This document shows, in pieces, positions 1-11,345 of a DNA stretch of 63,095 bases. A program made the position numbers and the translations under genes. Origin of the DNA: Octopus sinensis (Eukaryota); the NCBI RefSeq assembly GCF_006345805.1, contig NW_021831872.1, forward strand, positions 1 through 63,095. The letters are read 5' to 3'. Numbering within the stretch: the stretch's first letter is position 1; every line of letters begins with the position of its first letter. Under the pieces are notes generated by a model, which was not told where the DNA came from, did not search any database, and worked only from the letters and a program-made list of their open reading frames with translations.

Positions 1-765
1 AGCCATGCCTATAGAGCTTATCCCGAACGGTTAGCGCTTCTCGGTAGCACCGCCAGGCCAGGGATCTCTGGAAGTTGTCTATAGGTCTCGGCCCGAAAGT
101 CGTTTCAAACAGGCGGGTCAGGTATTCCTCATCGACGCCCAGGTTCGCCACAAGTCGTCGTCGTACATCCCCTCCACTAATCCCTATAAATGGCTTTGGT
201 TGTATGAAGTCACTCAGGTCGACCCGGGACGGCAGAGTTGCTTGAGAGCAACGCGACACTCGCGGCCATTCGTCCTTCCTCGGCCTCTTTTTGATCCACG
301 ACTGCCGTTCGGTCATGGAGACGAGCTGCGGGAAACGCGTGCCTCACAAACGGCGACCACACCTGTTCACCATCGTCTACGAAGAGCCTGAGATGTCGCA
401 GTCTCAGCGCGTGTGTGCGCATTCATCACCATGGCATGCCCAGCCCTCCTTTTAACGGGTGTGTTGACAGCAAATGATCGCCTGACCATCGGGAACGCAC
501 CTTTCCACAAGAAGCGGAAGAGAATGCGTTCTAGTTTGGTGATGGTAGGGTCGGGACAAGTACGACGGTCAGGCGGTAGTAGATGATGGACGCGATGTAC
601 GTGTTCGCCACCTCCGCCCGACCTTTTAGGGACAGTTTCCTCTCGGCCCATTGCCGGGCGAGAGTGACCACCTACTCGTTATCTCGTTCCAGTTCTTCTC
701 CATTTGGAGGTCCGGACCGAACCAGACCCGAGCCAACTCAACGGGCGTCTGTCCAGCGTCCCAGA
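1..765 (-). mobile_element. Tx1-like (L1 clade) LINE ORF2 fragment, frameshifted, 5'-truncated at a (GATA)n tract, runs off the window start
   Basis: Manual minus-strand translation gives VWFGPDLQMEKNWNEITSRV..QWAERKLSLKGRAEVANTYIASIIYYRLTVV, then CPDPTITKLERILFRFLWKG and DNFQRSLAWRCYREALTVRDKLY. This is the post-RT/zf-RVT region typical of Tx1 ORF2. It is homologous to 5876-6180. Confidence 0.85.
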
Positions 766-775
766 TAGATGGCTG

Positions 776-853
<78 letters not shown>

Positions 854-1041
854 TATATTGATAGATAGAGAGAGAGAGAGAGAGAGAGATAGGGACAGAG
901 AAAGAGAGAGAAAAATACATGCTTATATAGATATATATACATACATGCATGCATACAAACATTCATACATACATACATACATACCTACATACATACATAC
1001 ATACATACATACATACATACATACATACATGCATGCGTACA

Positions 1042-1075
<34 letters not shown>

Positions 1076-1110
1076 CATACATGCATGCGTACATACACAA
1101 ATATTTTTAA
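766..1110. repeat. Compound microsatellite (GATA)n-(GA)n-(CATA)n
   Basis: Seen directly; it explains the SIYL/YIHT ORFs. Confidence 0.95.
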
Positions 1111-1237
1111 CAGAGATCTCAAACGTGCATGACTGGTGATGACTGGGCTCAGTCATAGTCGGCCTGGTACTGAACGTCATCTTCGTCGTCGTCGCCGTTG
1201 TGTCTTCATCATCAACTAGTTGGGTTACAGGATCGAA

Positions 1238-1310
1238 TTAATAATTAACCCGTGATTCGTAGTTTACTATAGCCCTGCAAATGTCATGGGCGTTGCCATT
1301 CATTCTTCCA
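1238..1310 (-). CDS. Possible terminal exon of an unidentified host gene (GRMNGNAHDICRAIVNYESRVNY*)
   Basis: Unique non-repetitive sequence with a good acceptor (ttctcttag, AG at 1312-1311 on the minus strand) and 23 open codons to TAA. No recognisable homology and no partner exon found. Confidence 0.2.
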
Positions 1311-1533
1311 CTAAGAGAATACATGCACTTTCAGATATATACCCATTAAGTACCCATGTGTGTGTCTCTGTGTGTGTGTTAGCGTATCTGTGTGCGGGCG
1401 CACGCACGTGTATGTATGCGTAAACATTAGAAGTCTACACATACAGAGAAACCAACATTGACAACCTTATACCCACATAACCATATTAACCACATGCGAA
1501 CATGCACATATATATGCATATATATATATTATT

Positions 1534-1570
<37 letters not shown>

Positions 1571-1666
1571 GTATATCTAAATATATATAAATATTACATA
1601 TATATATATCTATATATATATATATATGCATACGTATATACATATATACCTATATAATTTACCTAA

Positions 1667-1728
<62 letters not shown>

Positions 1729-1840
1729 TATATATAATATATATATACTACATATATATTCACACATATATATATTCATATATATATATATATACATATT
1801 ATATGTGTGTATATATATATATATATGTGTGTGTGTGTAT

Positions 1841-1883
<43 letters not shown>

Positions 1884-2789
1884 TGGTGTGTGTGTGTGTA
1901 TAGGCGCATGCACATAGTTTATATCCACATATGCATACGCACAAATACTCATTTCCACACATATACGCTCTTGCATACGTATACACACATACACCTAGAA
2001 ATATACTTTTATACTCACACCACACACAACACACACACACACACACACACTCAAACACACGCACACACACACACACACACAGAAAAGATGCAAATCATAC
2101 CCAAATATACTTACATGCATACTTATACATCCATACATACATCTTCATACAAACATTACCCACAAACAGATAAACTTACGGAGCACACATGCAACATACA
2201 CGCATATACACACAAACGTGTACTTTATATATACATATACACACTTTCACGACATATAAATGTTTTGTCACTTACCTACGTACATAGACAGACACTCATA
2301 AACACAATTGAAAAAAGACAGGACAAACATCTTCAGACACATGCATATGCAGCACTCATACATACATAAATACATATATATATGCATGCATACATCCATT
2401 GACATAAAGCTTCTTTACCCTTTGAATGTCAATGTGGGAGATCATCGTTTATTTCATGGAGGATAGAAGTTGATGAGATGGGTGGAGAAAGCAGGCAGTG
2501 AAAGAGTGTGTTTGTGTTGTGGGGTTAGGATGTGCATGCGTGATTTAGAAGAGATAAAGACAGGAAGCAAAAGGAAGTCCAGTTAATATCAGATATATAC
2601 ATAGATATGTACCCACACACACACACACAACGCACACACACGCACGCACACATACACTTTTTTAATGAATTTAATGGCCAGAATAAAAAGGTCACTTTTT
2701 TTAATGAATTTAATGGGCAGAATAGAAAAGTGTATACACTCATGTACGGAATTTTATTTCTCCTGCTTATTCTGCCAAACTCATATATA

Positions 2790-2948
2790 TAGCGCAGTTG
2801 TGGCTGTGTGGTAAGAACTTTACTTCCTTACCACAACCTTCTGAGTTCGGTCTCACTGTGTAGCACATTATGCAAACGTCTTCTATTGTAGTCCCGGGTC
2901 AACCAAGCCCCTGTGAATGGGTTTGGTAGATGGAAACTGAAAGAAACT
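2790..2948 (+). mobile_element. Decayed tRNA-derived SINE, family A (5' part)
   Basis: gtggctgtgtggtaag..gagttcggtctcactg..tttggtagatggaaactgaaagaa matches the fuller copies at 3606, 15920 and 20027. Confidence 0.7.
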
Positions 2949-3111
2949 TCCTTTAATATATGTGTGTAGCCCTGTGCCTGTGTTTCTCCTCCGTTACCAT
3001 TTGGCAATCGGTGTTGGCATGTTTACGTAGCAGATGTTCAACTGAAAGAAAATTCTTCAAAGAGGTGCTCCTGCAAAGATTAAAACAAAAGTGTGTGTGT
3101 ATGTGTGGGTG

Positions 3112-3330
3112 AAGGTGCGTGGCTTAGTGGTTAAGGAGTTGCATTCATGATCGACAGAATTTTGTTTCGATTCTTTGACTGAGTGATGCGTTGTTCTTGA
3201 ACAAAACATTTAATTTCAGCTGCCAAAAATTGATAAGCCTGCGACAGACTGGCGTCTCGTCCAGCGATAAACAATACATATCACAGAATTCAGGAAACCG
3301 GCCTGATGAGCCAATGACTCGGAAAGAGCC
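3112..3330 (+). mobile_element. tRNA-derived SINE, family C (decayed)
   Basis: ggtgcgtggcttagtggtt A-box head; homologous to 38387-38633. Confidence 0.65.
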
Positions 3331-3429
3331 ATTGATCATTTGGCCTAGTGCCAATGTTAGAATTTCACTGCAGTAGCAAGAGCGCCCGCTAAAATCCACT
3401 TTGCCTTTCATGCGGCATTTTTTCGTTAT

Positions 3430-3766
3430 AGGTGCAGGAGTGCTTCTGTGGTAAGACCTTTTCTTCTCAAACACATGGTTCCGGGTTCAGTCCCACTGCG
3501 TGACACCTTTACCAAGTTTCTTCTACGATAGTCTTGGATCTTGTGAGTGGATTTGGTAGAAGGAAACTGAAAAAAGCCCGTTGTATATATCACTATGTAT
3601 ACATATAGGCGCTGGGTGGGTGTGTGGTAAGTAGCTTGCTTACCAACCACGTGGTTCCCAGTTCAGTCTCGCTGCGTGGCACCTTGGGCAAGTGTCTTCT
3701 GTGATAGCCTCGGGCCGACCAAAGCCTTGTGAGTGGATTTGGTAGACGGAAACTGAAAGAAGCTTG

Positions 3767-3805
<39 letters not shown>

Positions 3806-4190
3806 TGTGTGTCTGTGTTTCTCCCCCCACTATTGCTTGACAACCGATGTTGGTGTGTTTACATCCCCGTAACTTAGCGGTTCGGCAAAAGGGACCAATA
3901 GAATAAGTACCAGGCTTACAAACTGTAAGCCTTGGGGTCGATTGTTCGACTAAAAGTGGTACACCAGCATGGCTGCAGTCAGATGACTGAAACAAATAGA
4001 AGAATAAAAGAATCTGCAGTCATGCTGGGGCAACGCTTTGAAGAATTTTAATTGAACAAATCGACCCCAGTACATTTTTTAAAGTCTGGTACTTATTCTA
4101 TCGATTCCGTTAGCCGAACTGCTAAGTTACAGAGACATAAACACACTAACACCGGTTGTCAAGTGGTGGCACGGAACAAACACAGACAGA
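3430..4190 (+). mobile_element. Cluster of family A SINEs (5' partial 3430-3590, full 3606-4012, 3' partial 4015-4190)
   Basis: tRNA-like head with A/B boxes (tggtaagtag..ggttcagtcc), central microsatellite, and 3' tail ..ggcggtgctccagcatggccgcagtc..gactgaaac. Confidence 0.85.
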
Positions 4191-4669
4191 ATGATACACA
4201 CATATATATATGACTGTGTGTGTGTGTGCTTGTGGGTGCGCGTGTGTGTGTGCGTACGTGTATGTGTGTATGTGTGTATGTGTGTGTGTGTGTGTGAACG
4301 AAACCTTCGGACCCTGAGTTACTCTAACTTCTGGCAATTATTAATAAAAACACTCATACACACACACACAAGCACACTCGCTCGTAAACGCGCGCGCGCG
4401 CACACACGTATAAATGTAAGTTTTAACATGGATCTCACCGAAGCTCTGTGATGCATCACCAGCAGTGTTTTCGGGATCTCACAAGTTTTGGGGCCTTTTA
4501 ACATCATACGCTACTTTCCAAGTAGATACCCCCATCACGCCATCCTCCACGGGGTTGAATAGTCCTCGCTGATTCGTTATCAAAAGCCACAAACTGTGGC
4601 TTTTGTGGCTTTCGCTACAACTTCAGTAACGGAATTGACGGCACTTCGGTTTGCTGCTCCAGTAACTAC

Positions 4670-4708
4670 TACTGCTACTACTACAACTACTGCTACTACT
4701 ACTACTAC

Positions 4709-4765
<57 letters not shown>

Positions 4766-4996
4766 CAGCAGCAGCAGCACTGCGGACGCAGCGTTCAAAT
4801 GTTGGAGATACATTCATCCATACATACATACATACATACATACATACATACATACATACATACGTACATACATACATACATACATACATACATACATACA
4901 TACATACATACATACGTACATACGTACATACATACATACATACATACATACATACATACATACATACATACATACGTACATACATACATACATACG
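4670..4996. repeat. (ACT)n/(AGT)n and (CATA)n microsatellites
   Basis: Seen directly. Confidence 0.95.
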
Positions 4997-5205
4997 TACA
5001 ACCAAGTACCTGATGCACAAAAAAGATAGAGATGCAAGAAAAGCCGCAAAATGTGACAACCGATGCAGACTTTGGGGAATTCACACTGAAGATATTACCC
5101 ACATCATAAGCAGTTGTACCATAGTATTATCACGGTATTATCTACCGATGACACAATATATTGTAGCTAGGATACTCTATAACGTGGTAAAAACTACCAG
5201 CCGGT
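4997..5205 (+). mobile_element. RLE-type (R2/R4/Dong-like) non-LTR retrotransposon fragment: zinc-knuckle region
   Basis: TKYLMHKKDRDARKAAKCDNRCRLWGIHTEDITHIISSCTIVLSRYYLPMTQYIVARILYN fits the CxxC..(E/D)xxxHIxSxC...YxxRHDxVA motif that precedes the RLE domain. Confidence 0.75.
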
Positions 5206-5215
5206 TAGAATTTCG

Positions 5216-6180
5216 ATCAAAATGGATCGTGGAAAGAAGCAAAAAAAAAATAATAAAAAGAAAGCTGATCAATAGAAATCGTGTATCACAGAAATATCAT
5301 GATAATGTAAAAGGGAAAACAGATTAGGTTTATCCGTGGAAGGAAAAGCCTACAGAAAAGACCACGGTAACCTCGGGCAATAATGTCATGCAAAAAACAC
5401 GTTACAGTAAATGACTCACTTTTATCCTTTCTTTTTCCAGTTCATAGGATTATGTTCATGGTGACTCCGTCATTCACACGTGCCATCCTTGCTAGATACC
5501 CACATCGTTTATTGAAACAGTCGCTAGACAAAACTCCCCTCTCTACGCTAACCTTCCTCTTCAAATGGTACTTGAAGAAGTTGCTGAGAGATTCACCAGA
5601 GAGGAAAGTGTTTGTCTCTAGACCTTCCAGACGCGTCCACCATACACATTCTTTCGCCATAGCCACAAGTACGATGAAAATGGCTCTTCCTTCCCGTTTC
5701 AAGGAAGGAGGCGTGACACTATTCACGATAGACTCGGTTGATAAACTGACTCGTCCCACACGCGATAGCAGTCATTCGAGATAGGCCCACGGGTCGTTGG
5801 ACACTGTACCAGTGCATGCAGAACGGTTTCGTCGCTCTGACCGCATCTCGGGCAGGTCGGCTTCGTGTTTCTCGAGCCCTGTCTATAGAGCTTATCATGA
5901 ACGGGTAGAGCTACTCGATAGCACTGCCAGGCCAGGGACCTCTGGAAGTTATCCATAGGTCCCGGCCCGTGGGTCGTCTTGAACAGGTAGATCAGATATT
6001 CCTCGTCGACGCCCAAGTTCGCCCCGAAATCGTCGTCGTACCTCCCCTGCACAAATCCCCTAAAGAATGCTTTGGTTGTGTTGCAGTCGCTCAAAGTCGA
6101 CCCGGGACGGCATAATTGCTCGAGAAAAATGCGACACTCGCGGTGCCATTCGCCCTTCTTCGGCCTCTTTTTGATCCACA
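5216..6180 (-). mobile_element. Tx1-like LINE 3' fragment (zf-RVT, ORF2 C-terminus and 3' UTR)
   Basis: ORF 5723-6202 contains DNFQRSLAWQCYRVALPVHDKLY..KPTCPRCGQSDETVLHALVQCP (zf-RVT). ORF 5442-5759 gives the C-terminus ..KRKVSVERGVLSSDCFNKR..ARVNDGVTMNIIL*. Confidence 0.9.
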
Positions 6181-6635
6181 GATAACTTTCTTTATTGGCC
6201 ACATAGGGCTGAACACAGAGGGTACAAATACAAATGTAGAGCTTTTCTTGTCGAAAATGAAAAAGAAAAAGAAAAAAAGAGCAGAAAAAAGTAAAGTTCC
6301 GCTCAAAAGCGTCGGGGAAAAAAAAGGCGATCGTGTATCACAGAAGAAATTTTTTAAATGTAAGAAGCAAGATTAGGCTTATCCGTGGAAAGAAAAGCCT
6401 ACAGAAAAGACCACGGTAATCTCAGGCAGGGAGGGAATAAACACATGAGAGCAAAGTGCTCTCTCTTTTCTTTTTCGATTTACAGGATCATGCTCAAAGT
6501 GGTTTCGTCGATCGCACGCACCATCTTTGTTACATTCACCCACCATTTTTTTTCAACTTTCACGAGACAAAACCTGCCTCTCTTCCTTTTCAAGTGGTAC
6601 TTGAAAAAGTTGATGAGTGATTGGCCTGAGAGGTA
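6181..6635 (-). mobile_element. Second Tx1-like 3'-end fragment, head-to-tail with 5216-6180
   Basis: gattagg(c/t)ttatccgtggaa..aaaagcctacagaaaagaccacggtaa and ttcaa(g/a)tggtacttgaa are shared with 5322-5590. Confidence 0.85.
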
Positions 6636-6919
6636 AGAGAGGCGAGAAACTAATGGACGTGAGAGCTATGAGGAAGATTAGAAACAAGTTGTGGTAGCGG
6701 ACACATAATGTAATTTTTTATATTTCTATTTTTTTTAACAACTGTTTCACAAATAATTTATTTCCTTGGCATGTACGGTAAAGTGACTGACACAATACCT
6801 TGTGATATTTTGTGGCATCCTTTTTTTTTCTTTTTTTGTAGTGAGTTCAATCCTTGTTGAGGTCGACTTTGCGTCGTATGTTCATATAAGAAATTGTTTC
6901 CTTTTTTCTATAATGTCTC

Positions 6920-7089
6920 TCTCTGCTCTCTACATTGTACCACAGTCACCTCTCTCTCTCTCTCCTGTCTCTATCTCTTACTGTCTCTCCTCTAGTTTAT
7001 CTTTACTGTATCTATTGCCTCTTGACTCACCCTTCTATTTACTCTCCCCTCTCTCAACTCTCTCCGCTTCCAACTCCCTCTTCTCTCAG

Positions 7090-7121
<32 letters not shown>

Positions 7122-7875
7122 AACTCTAACTCTCTGTCTCTCTGTCTCTCTCTCTCTCTAACTCTCTGTCTCTCTCTCGCACTAACTCTCTCTTTCTCTC
7201 GCACTTTCCTTCTACTCTCTCTCTCTTTAGCCCCTCTCTCTTCTCTTTCTCTAGCTCATCCTCTCTTTCTAGCTCCTCTCTCTCTCCTGTTCCCTCTCAC
7301 TCCTGCTCTCTCTCTATCTCCCTCCCTCTCTCCCTTTTTATCCCTCTCTACTCTCTACTCTCTACTCTTTATATTCATCGGTGGTTACCCTCACAGCTGT
7401 CTCTCATTCTGTCCACTTCCTTCCTGCTATACACACACACACACTCTCTCCCTGCTGTCTGTCTGAGTATTATTCTCTCTCTCTCACTCTGTCTCTGTCT
7501 GTCAGTATCTCTCCCTCTCCTCTCTCCCTTACTCTCTTCCTCCTTCTGTACCTATCTGCCTCTCTCTCTCTCGCGCGCCCGCTCTCACTTTGCTGCCCAT
7601 CTACCATATTTACACACACACACACACACACTCTCTCTCTCTTTGTCTCTCCGTCTTTACTGTGCCTCTACTGGCTCTCTATTCTCTCTCTACGCCATTC
7701 TACACGCGCGCGCAACCACACGCATACTCCCAAACACACCCTGACACTCTTCTTCCCCCCTAATCTTTCTCCTTTGCATTTCTACGTCTTTCTCTCTCTC
7801 TCTACTCCTAGAATATATTCTCTCTCTCTTATTCTTATTCTCTGTCTCTCTGTCTCTCTCCCCTCTGTTTCTCTC

Positions 7876-7908
<33 letters not shown>

Positions 7909-8077
7909 CTACTCCTAGAATCTAGTCTCCCTCTCTCATTCTTATTCTCTGTTTCTCTCCCTCCTCTCTCTCCCTCTCTTTCTCTCTCTCTACTCCTAGA
8001 ATCTATTCTCCCTCTCTCATTCTTATTCTCTGTCTCTCTCCCTCTCTCCCCTCTGCTTGGCTCTCTTTATTTCTCCC

Positions 8078-8118
<41 letters not shown>

Positions 8119-8150
8119 TTCTCTCCTACCTCACGCCTCTCTACTGTTCA
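6920..8150. repeat. CT-rich low-complexity/microsatellite tract
   Basis: Seen directly. Confidence 0.9.
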
Positions 8151-8279
8151 CGGCTTCAAGTGAACATTCTAGAAAAGTCAAAAGAATAATTGGGTGTTAT
8201 TTGGAAATGAGAAAACTACCGAAATATGAGTGTAAAGATGTCATAATTCAAAACTGGTATTTGGTGATGGTGTGGTGCT

Positions 8280-9030
8280 GGTAGCTCTCTGTTTTCGGGG
8301 TAGTAGTGGTGATAGTGGTAGTGGTTGTGGGTGTGGTGGTAGTTGTGTACATAGTAGCTCTTAGTTGTGGTGGTGGTGGATTATGATTGTTGTGTTGGCA
8401 ATAGTAGTAGTAGTAGTAGAGTGGGTAGCGGTGATGGCACCGATGCCGGCAGTTGTTCTGATGGTAGCATATAGATGTAGTTCTTGATTAGCCCAAGGTT
8501 TGCGTTGACTAGGTAGGTCTATGATCAAAGGCATTCCAGCGTTTGATCATAAATTTCCCAATGTGTCTATTGTCTAAAAAATACAAATATTTCATGGAAT
8601 TTGGCTGCTATTTCTAGTACTGAGGGTCCCTCGTGGACAGGTCGTAGTTGTGAGGTGTTGGTGGTTGAGGTGATAGCAAGAAGGTGAATTTGGATGATGG
8701 TTGAAATGATGTGGCTAGTTATGATGGTGTGTGTGGTGGTGGTAGTGGTGGTGGTGGTGTTGGTGGTTGTAGTGGTGGTGGTGGTGATAATGATGATGGT
8801 AGGGATAGAGGTTACGGTGGTGGTGGTGATGCTGGTGGTAGTGGTAGTGGTGATAATGATGATGGCAGAGGTAGAGGTTACGGTGGTGGTGGCGGTGCTG
8901 TTGCTGCTGGTGACGGTCGTGGTAGTGGCTGCGATAACGAACGTGGAGATTATCACCGTGGCGATGGTGGCGACGACCGGTGGTGGTGGCGACGACCGGC
9001 AGAGGTGGGTGGTGGTTGTGGTGGCGGCGT
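8280..9030. repeat. (GGT/GTA/GAT)n trinucleotide low-complexity region
   Basis: Seen directly; it explains the poly-V/G/T ORFs. Confidence 0.85.
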
Positions 9031-9336
9031 TTGTATATGTAGTAGAGTCAAACATGATGTCCTTCATTGACAGAAGGCAATAAGTAAGTGCGTATATATG
9101 CAAGTGTCCATGTGAAAACAAGCAGGATTCTGTGGCTGGGTCTATATTTCTATGTGTTCATGCGTGTGGATAAAACTATTTTGTTTTGTGATTAACTGTA
9201 AGTGTGCGTTTAAGTGCATCTGTGTAATATGTTCGTATATGTAGGTTGTTATGTTTTATTTTAGTCAAGAGCAAGTCTTTTAGTCTTTTAGTGAGATTCA
9301 TGCGATGAATGCTCAGTTTAAATATCCTTTAAATTG

Positions 9337-9600
9337 ACATGCATAGAGAGAACCTGGGCACAGATGGAATTCCAGAAAACTGACATTCCGGGGCGCGGTA
9401 CCCGATATTATGACGCTGTATTAGAGAACACCACTGGAAAATACGAAAACTAAAAGAAGCAGCACATATGCTGCTGGAAAACACGAAATTAAAAGAAGCA
9501 GCACATATGCTAGACACAACAACCTTCTAAGCAGACCCAGTGCAGATATGAACAGCATATGGGAACCTGTATTAAGAAAGGATAGAAAAATATTAGATTT
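9337..9600 (+). mobile_element. Penelope-like element 3' end (C-terminal tail of the GIY-YIG endonuclease), decayed
   Basis: Frameshifted translation EHHWKIRKLKEAAHML..NNLLSRPSADMNSIWEPVLRK resembles the W..RK.KEA.HI..N.L...S.IW tail of Penelope ORFs. It is followed by a hammerhead-containing terminal repeat. Confidence 0.65.
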
Positions 9601-9634
9601 ATAAGCCCCAAAATTCACTCCATAAATTGCCCAT

Positions 9635-9697
9635 GGGCATATGGTATAGTGGTTAACAGCGTGGGCTACTAACCCCAAGATTCCGAGTTCGATTCCA
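9635..9697 (+). other. tRNA-like head (Pol III A and B boxes), SINE-type rather than a functional tRNA
   Basis: TGGTATAGTGG (A box), anticodon arm gtggg-ctactaa-cccca, GAGTTCGATTCC (B box); the 3' acceptor strand is missing. Confidence 0.65.
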
Positions 9698-9729
<32 letters not shown>

Positions 9730-9787
9730 CAACAACAACATCGAAAAATGCATTAAGAATGAGAAGCCAGGTTCGAAATTTCCCCAA

Positions 9788-9833
9788 GGCACCTGAAGAA
9801 GGCTGGAGGATATATCAGCCGAAACGTTGTGTT
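9788..9833 (+). ncRNA. Minimal type I hammerhead ribozyme (Penelope-type)
   Basis: Stem I GGCAC/GUGUU; core CUGAAGA plus an extra A; stem II GGCUG/CAGCC; GAAAC-GUU with palindromic AACGUU in place of stem III. Predicted cut after 9828. Confidence 0.7.
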
Positions 9834-10675
9834 AACAACAAACAAGATGAGGACAAATATCCGTTGAATGTAAATAACGTAAATAAGGTAAATAATGCAC
9901 ATAATTCCTCATCTCTTAAATGTAGAACTGAATAATCGAATAGTTTTTTATAACCACCTCCAACCCTTCATACACACAAGAGCGCACACACAAACATGTA
10001 CATTCACACAATCTGTCTCGCACTCAGCTTAGCACAACGACTTGTTTACACCAAAACAAAGTTGTCTCTACCGACACTCCCTCATTCTTACATCCGCTCA
10101 ACCAAGCAGATGTGATATATCAATATCATACTCGTGCACACTTGCATCTGTTATGTCAATATCACTACCAAATACCACTCCCCATTCACAGATAGCCTTC
10201 TTTCATACGCAAGTAACACCCCCTCTACTCATTCACTTAATTCTTTTTGCAGATGGCTGACATTAACTCATCCACAGCATATTTATATCCTGCCAAAAAG
10301 CATACAATTTGCCCGATTTCCTTCTGCCATGGCTAACAAGATGGTTCTTTTAAAAATAGGCTTTCTGTTCTACAGATATGTTCTTTTTATTCTCTTCTTG
10401 TCGGCAATACTACACTGATAAAGGACAAAATGTCTGCAACATCGCCGCTTGTTTTTTTCTTCACATCACTTTTGAACTGTTGCTCCTTTTCGTTTTACTT
10501 CTTGTTTAACTCACCTCATAATTTGCAATCATTTTCTATTGGGCAGTCACTTCAGTATTCCTTCTGAATATGTTTATGGCTATCCATCCATCCATCCATC
10601 CATACATACATACATACATAAATACAAACATACATACATACATACATACATACATACATACATACATACATACAT

Positions 10676-11072
10676 ACTCTTTTACTCTTTTACTTGTTTC
10701 GGTCATTTGACTGTGGCCATGCTGGAGCACCGCCTTTAGTCGAGCAAATCGACCCCAGGACTTATTTTTTGTAGGCCTCTTTTGCCTCTTTTGTCGAACC
10801 GCTAAGTTACGGGGACGTAAACTCACCACCATCGGTTGTCAAGCGATGTTGGGGGGACAAACACAAACCCAGAAACACACACACACTCATTTATATATAT
10901 AAATATATATATATATGCGACGGGCTTCTTTCAGTTTCCTTCTACCAAACCCACTCACAAGGCTTTGGTCGGCCCGAAGCTATAGTAGAAGACACTTGCC
11001 CAAGTCACCACGCAGTGGGACTGAACCCAGAACCATATGATTGGTAAGCAAGCTACTTACCACGCAGCCACT
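10676..11072 (-). mobile_element. Full-length family A SINE
   Basis: Reverse complement of the family A head and tail. Confidence 0.9.
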
Positions 11073-11201
11073 TATACATACACACATACATACATACATA
11101 CATACATAACATACATACATACATACATACATACATACATGAATGCATGTATGTATGCACTCGCGCAGACAGACACATATATGTATATAAATATGGATAT
11201 A

Positions 11202-11345
11202 CGAAGGGGTGCTGAAAAGTCACTGGCTTCGAGTAAAAGAAAATACGTTTCAGGTATCTTGGAGAAATTTCGAACCTGGGTTCTCAATCCTAAGGTATCT
11301 TTCGATGGTGTTGCTGTTGTTGTTGTTGTTATTATTATTATTAAA
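11202..11345. mobile_element. Mariner-MITE terminal fragment (11202-11247) abutting a partial minus-strand copy of the 9700-9790 repeat
   Basis: TA-cgaaggggtgctgaaaagt resembles the start of 54579. gaaatttcgaacctgg(g)ttctca is the reverse complement of tgagaagccaggttcgaaatttc at 9760-9782; this copy lacks the hammerhead. Confidence 0.6.

Noticed and set aside
3296-3332. CTGATGAG..GGAAA hammerhead look-alike
   Set aside because: It is the normal 3' end of SINE family C (compare 38600-38630), and stem II pairing would consume core bases.
9635-9697. Functional tRNA gene
   Set aside because: The acceptor stem 3' strand is missing, the ACT anticodon is atypical, and the context is a repeat.
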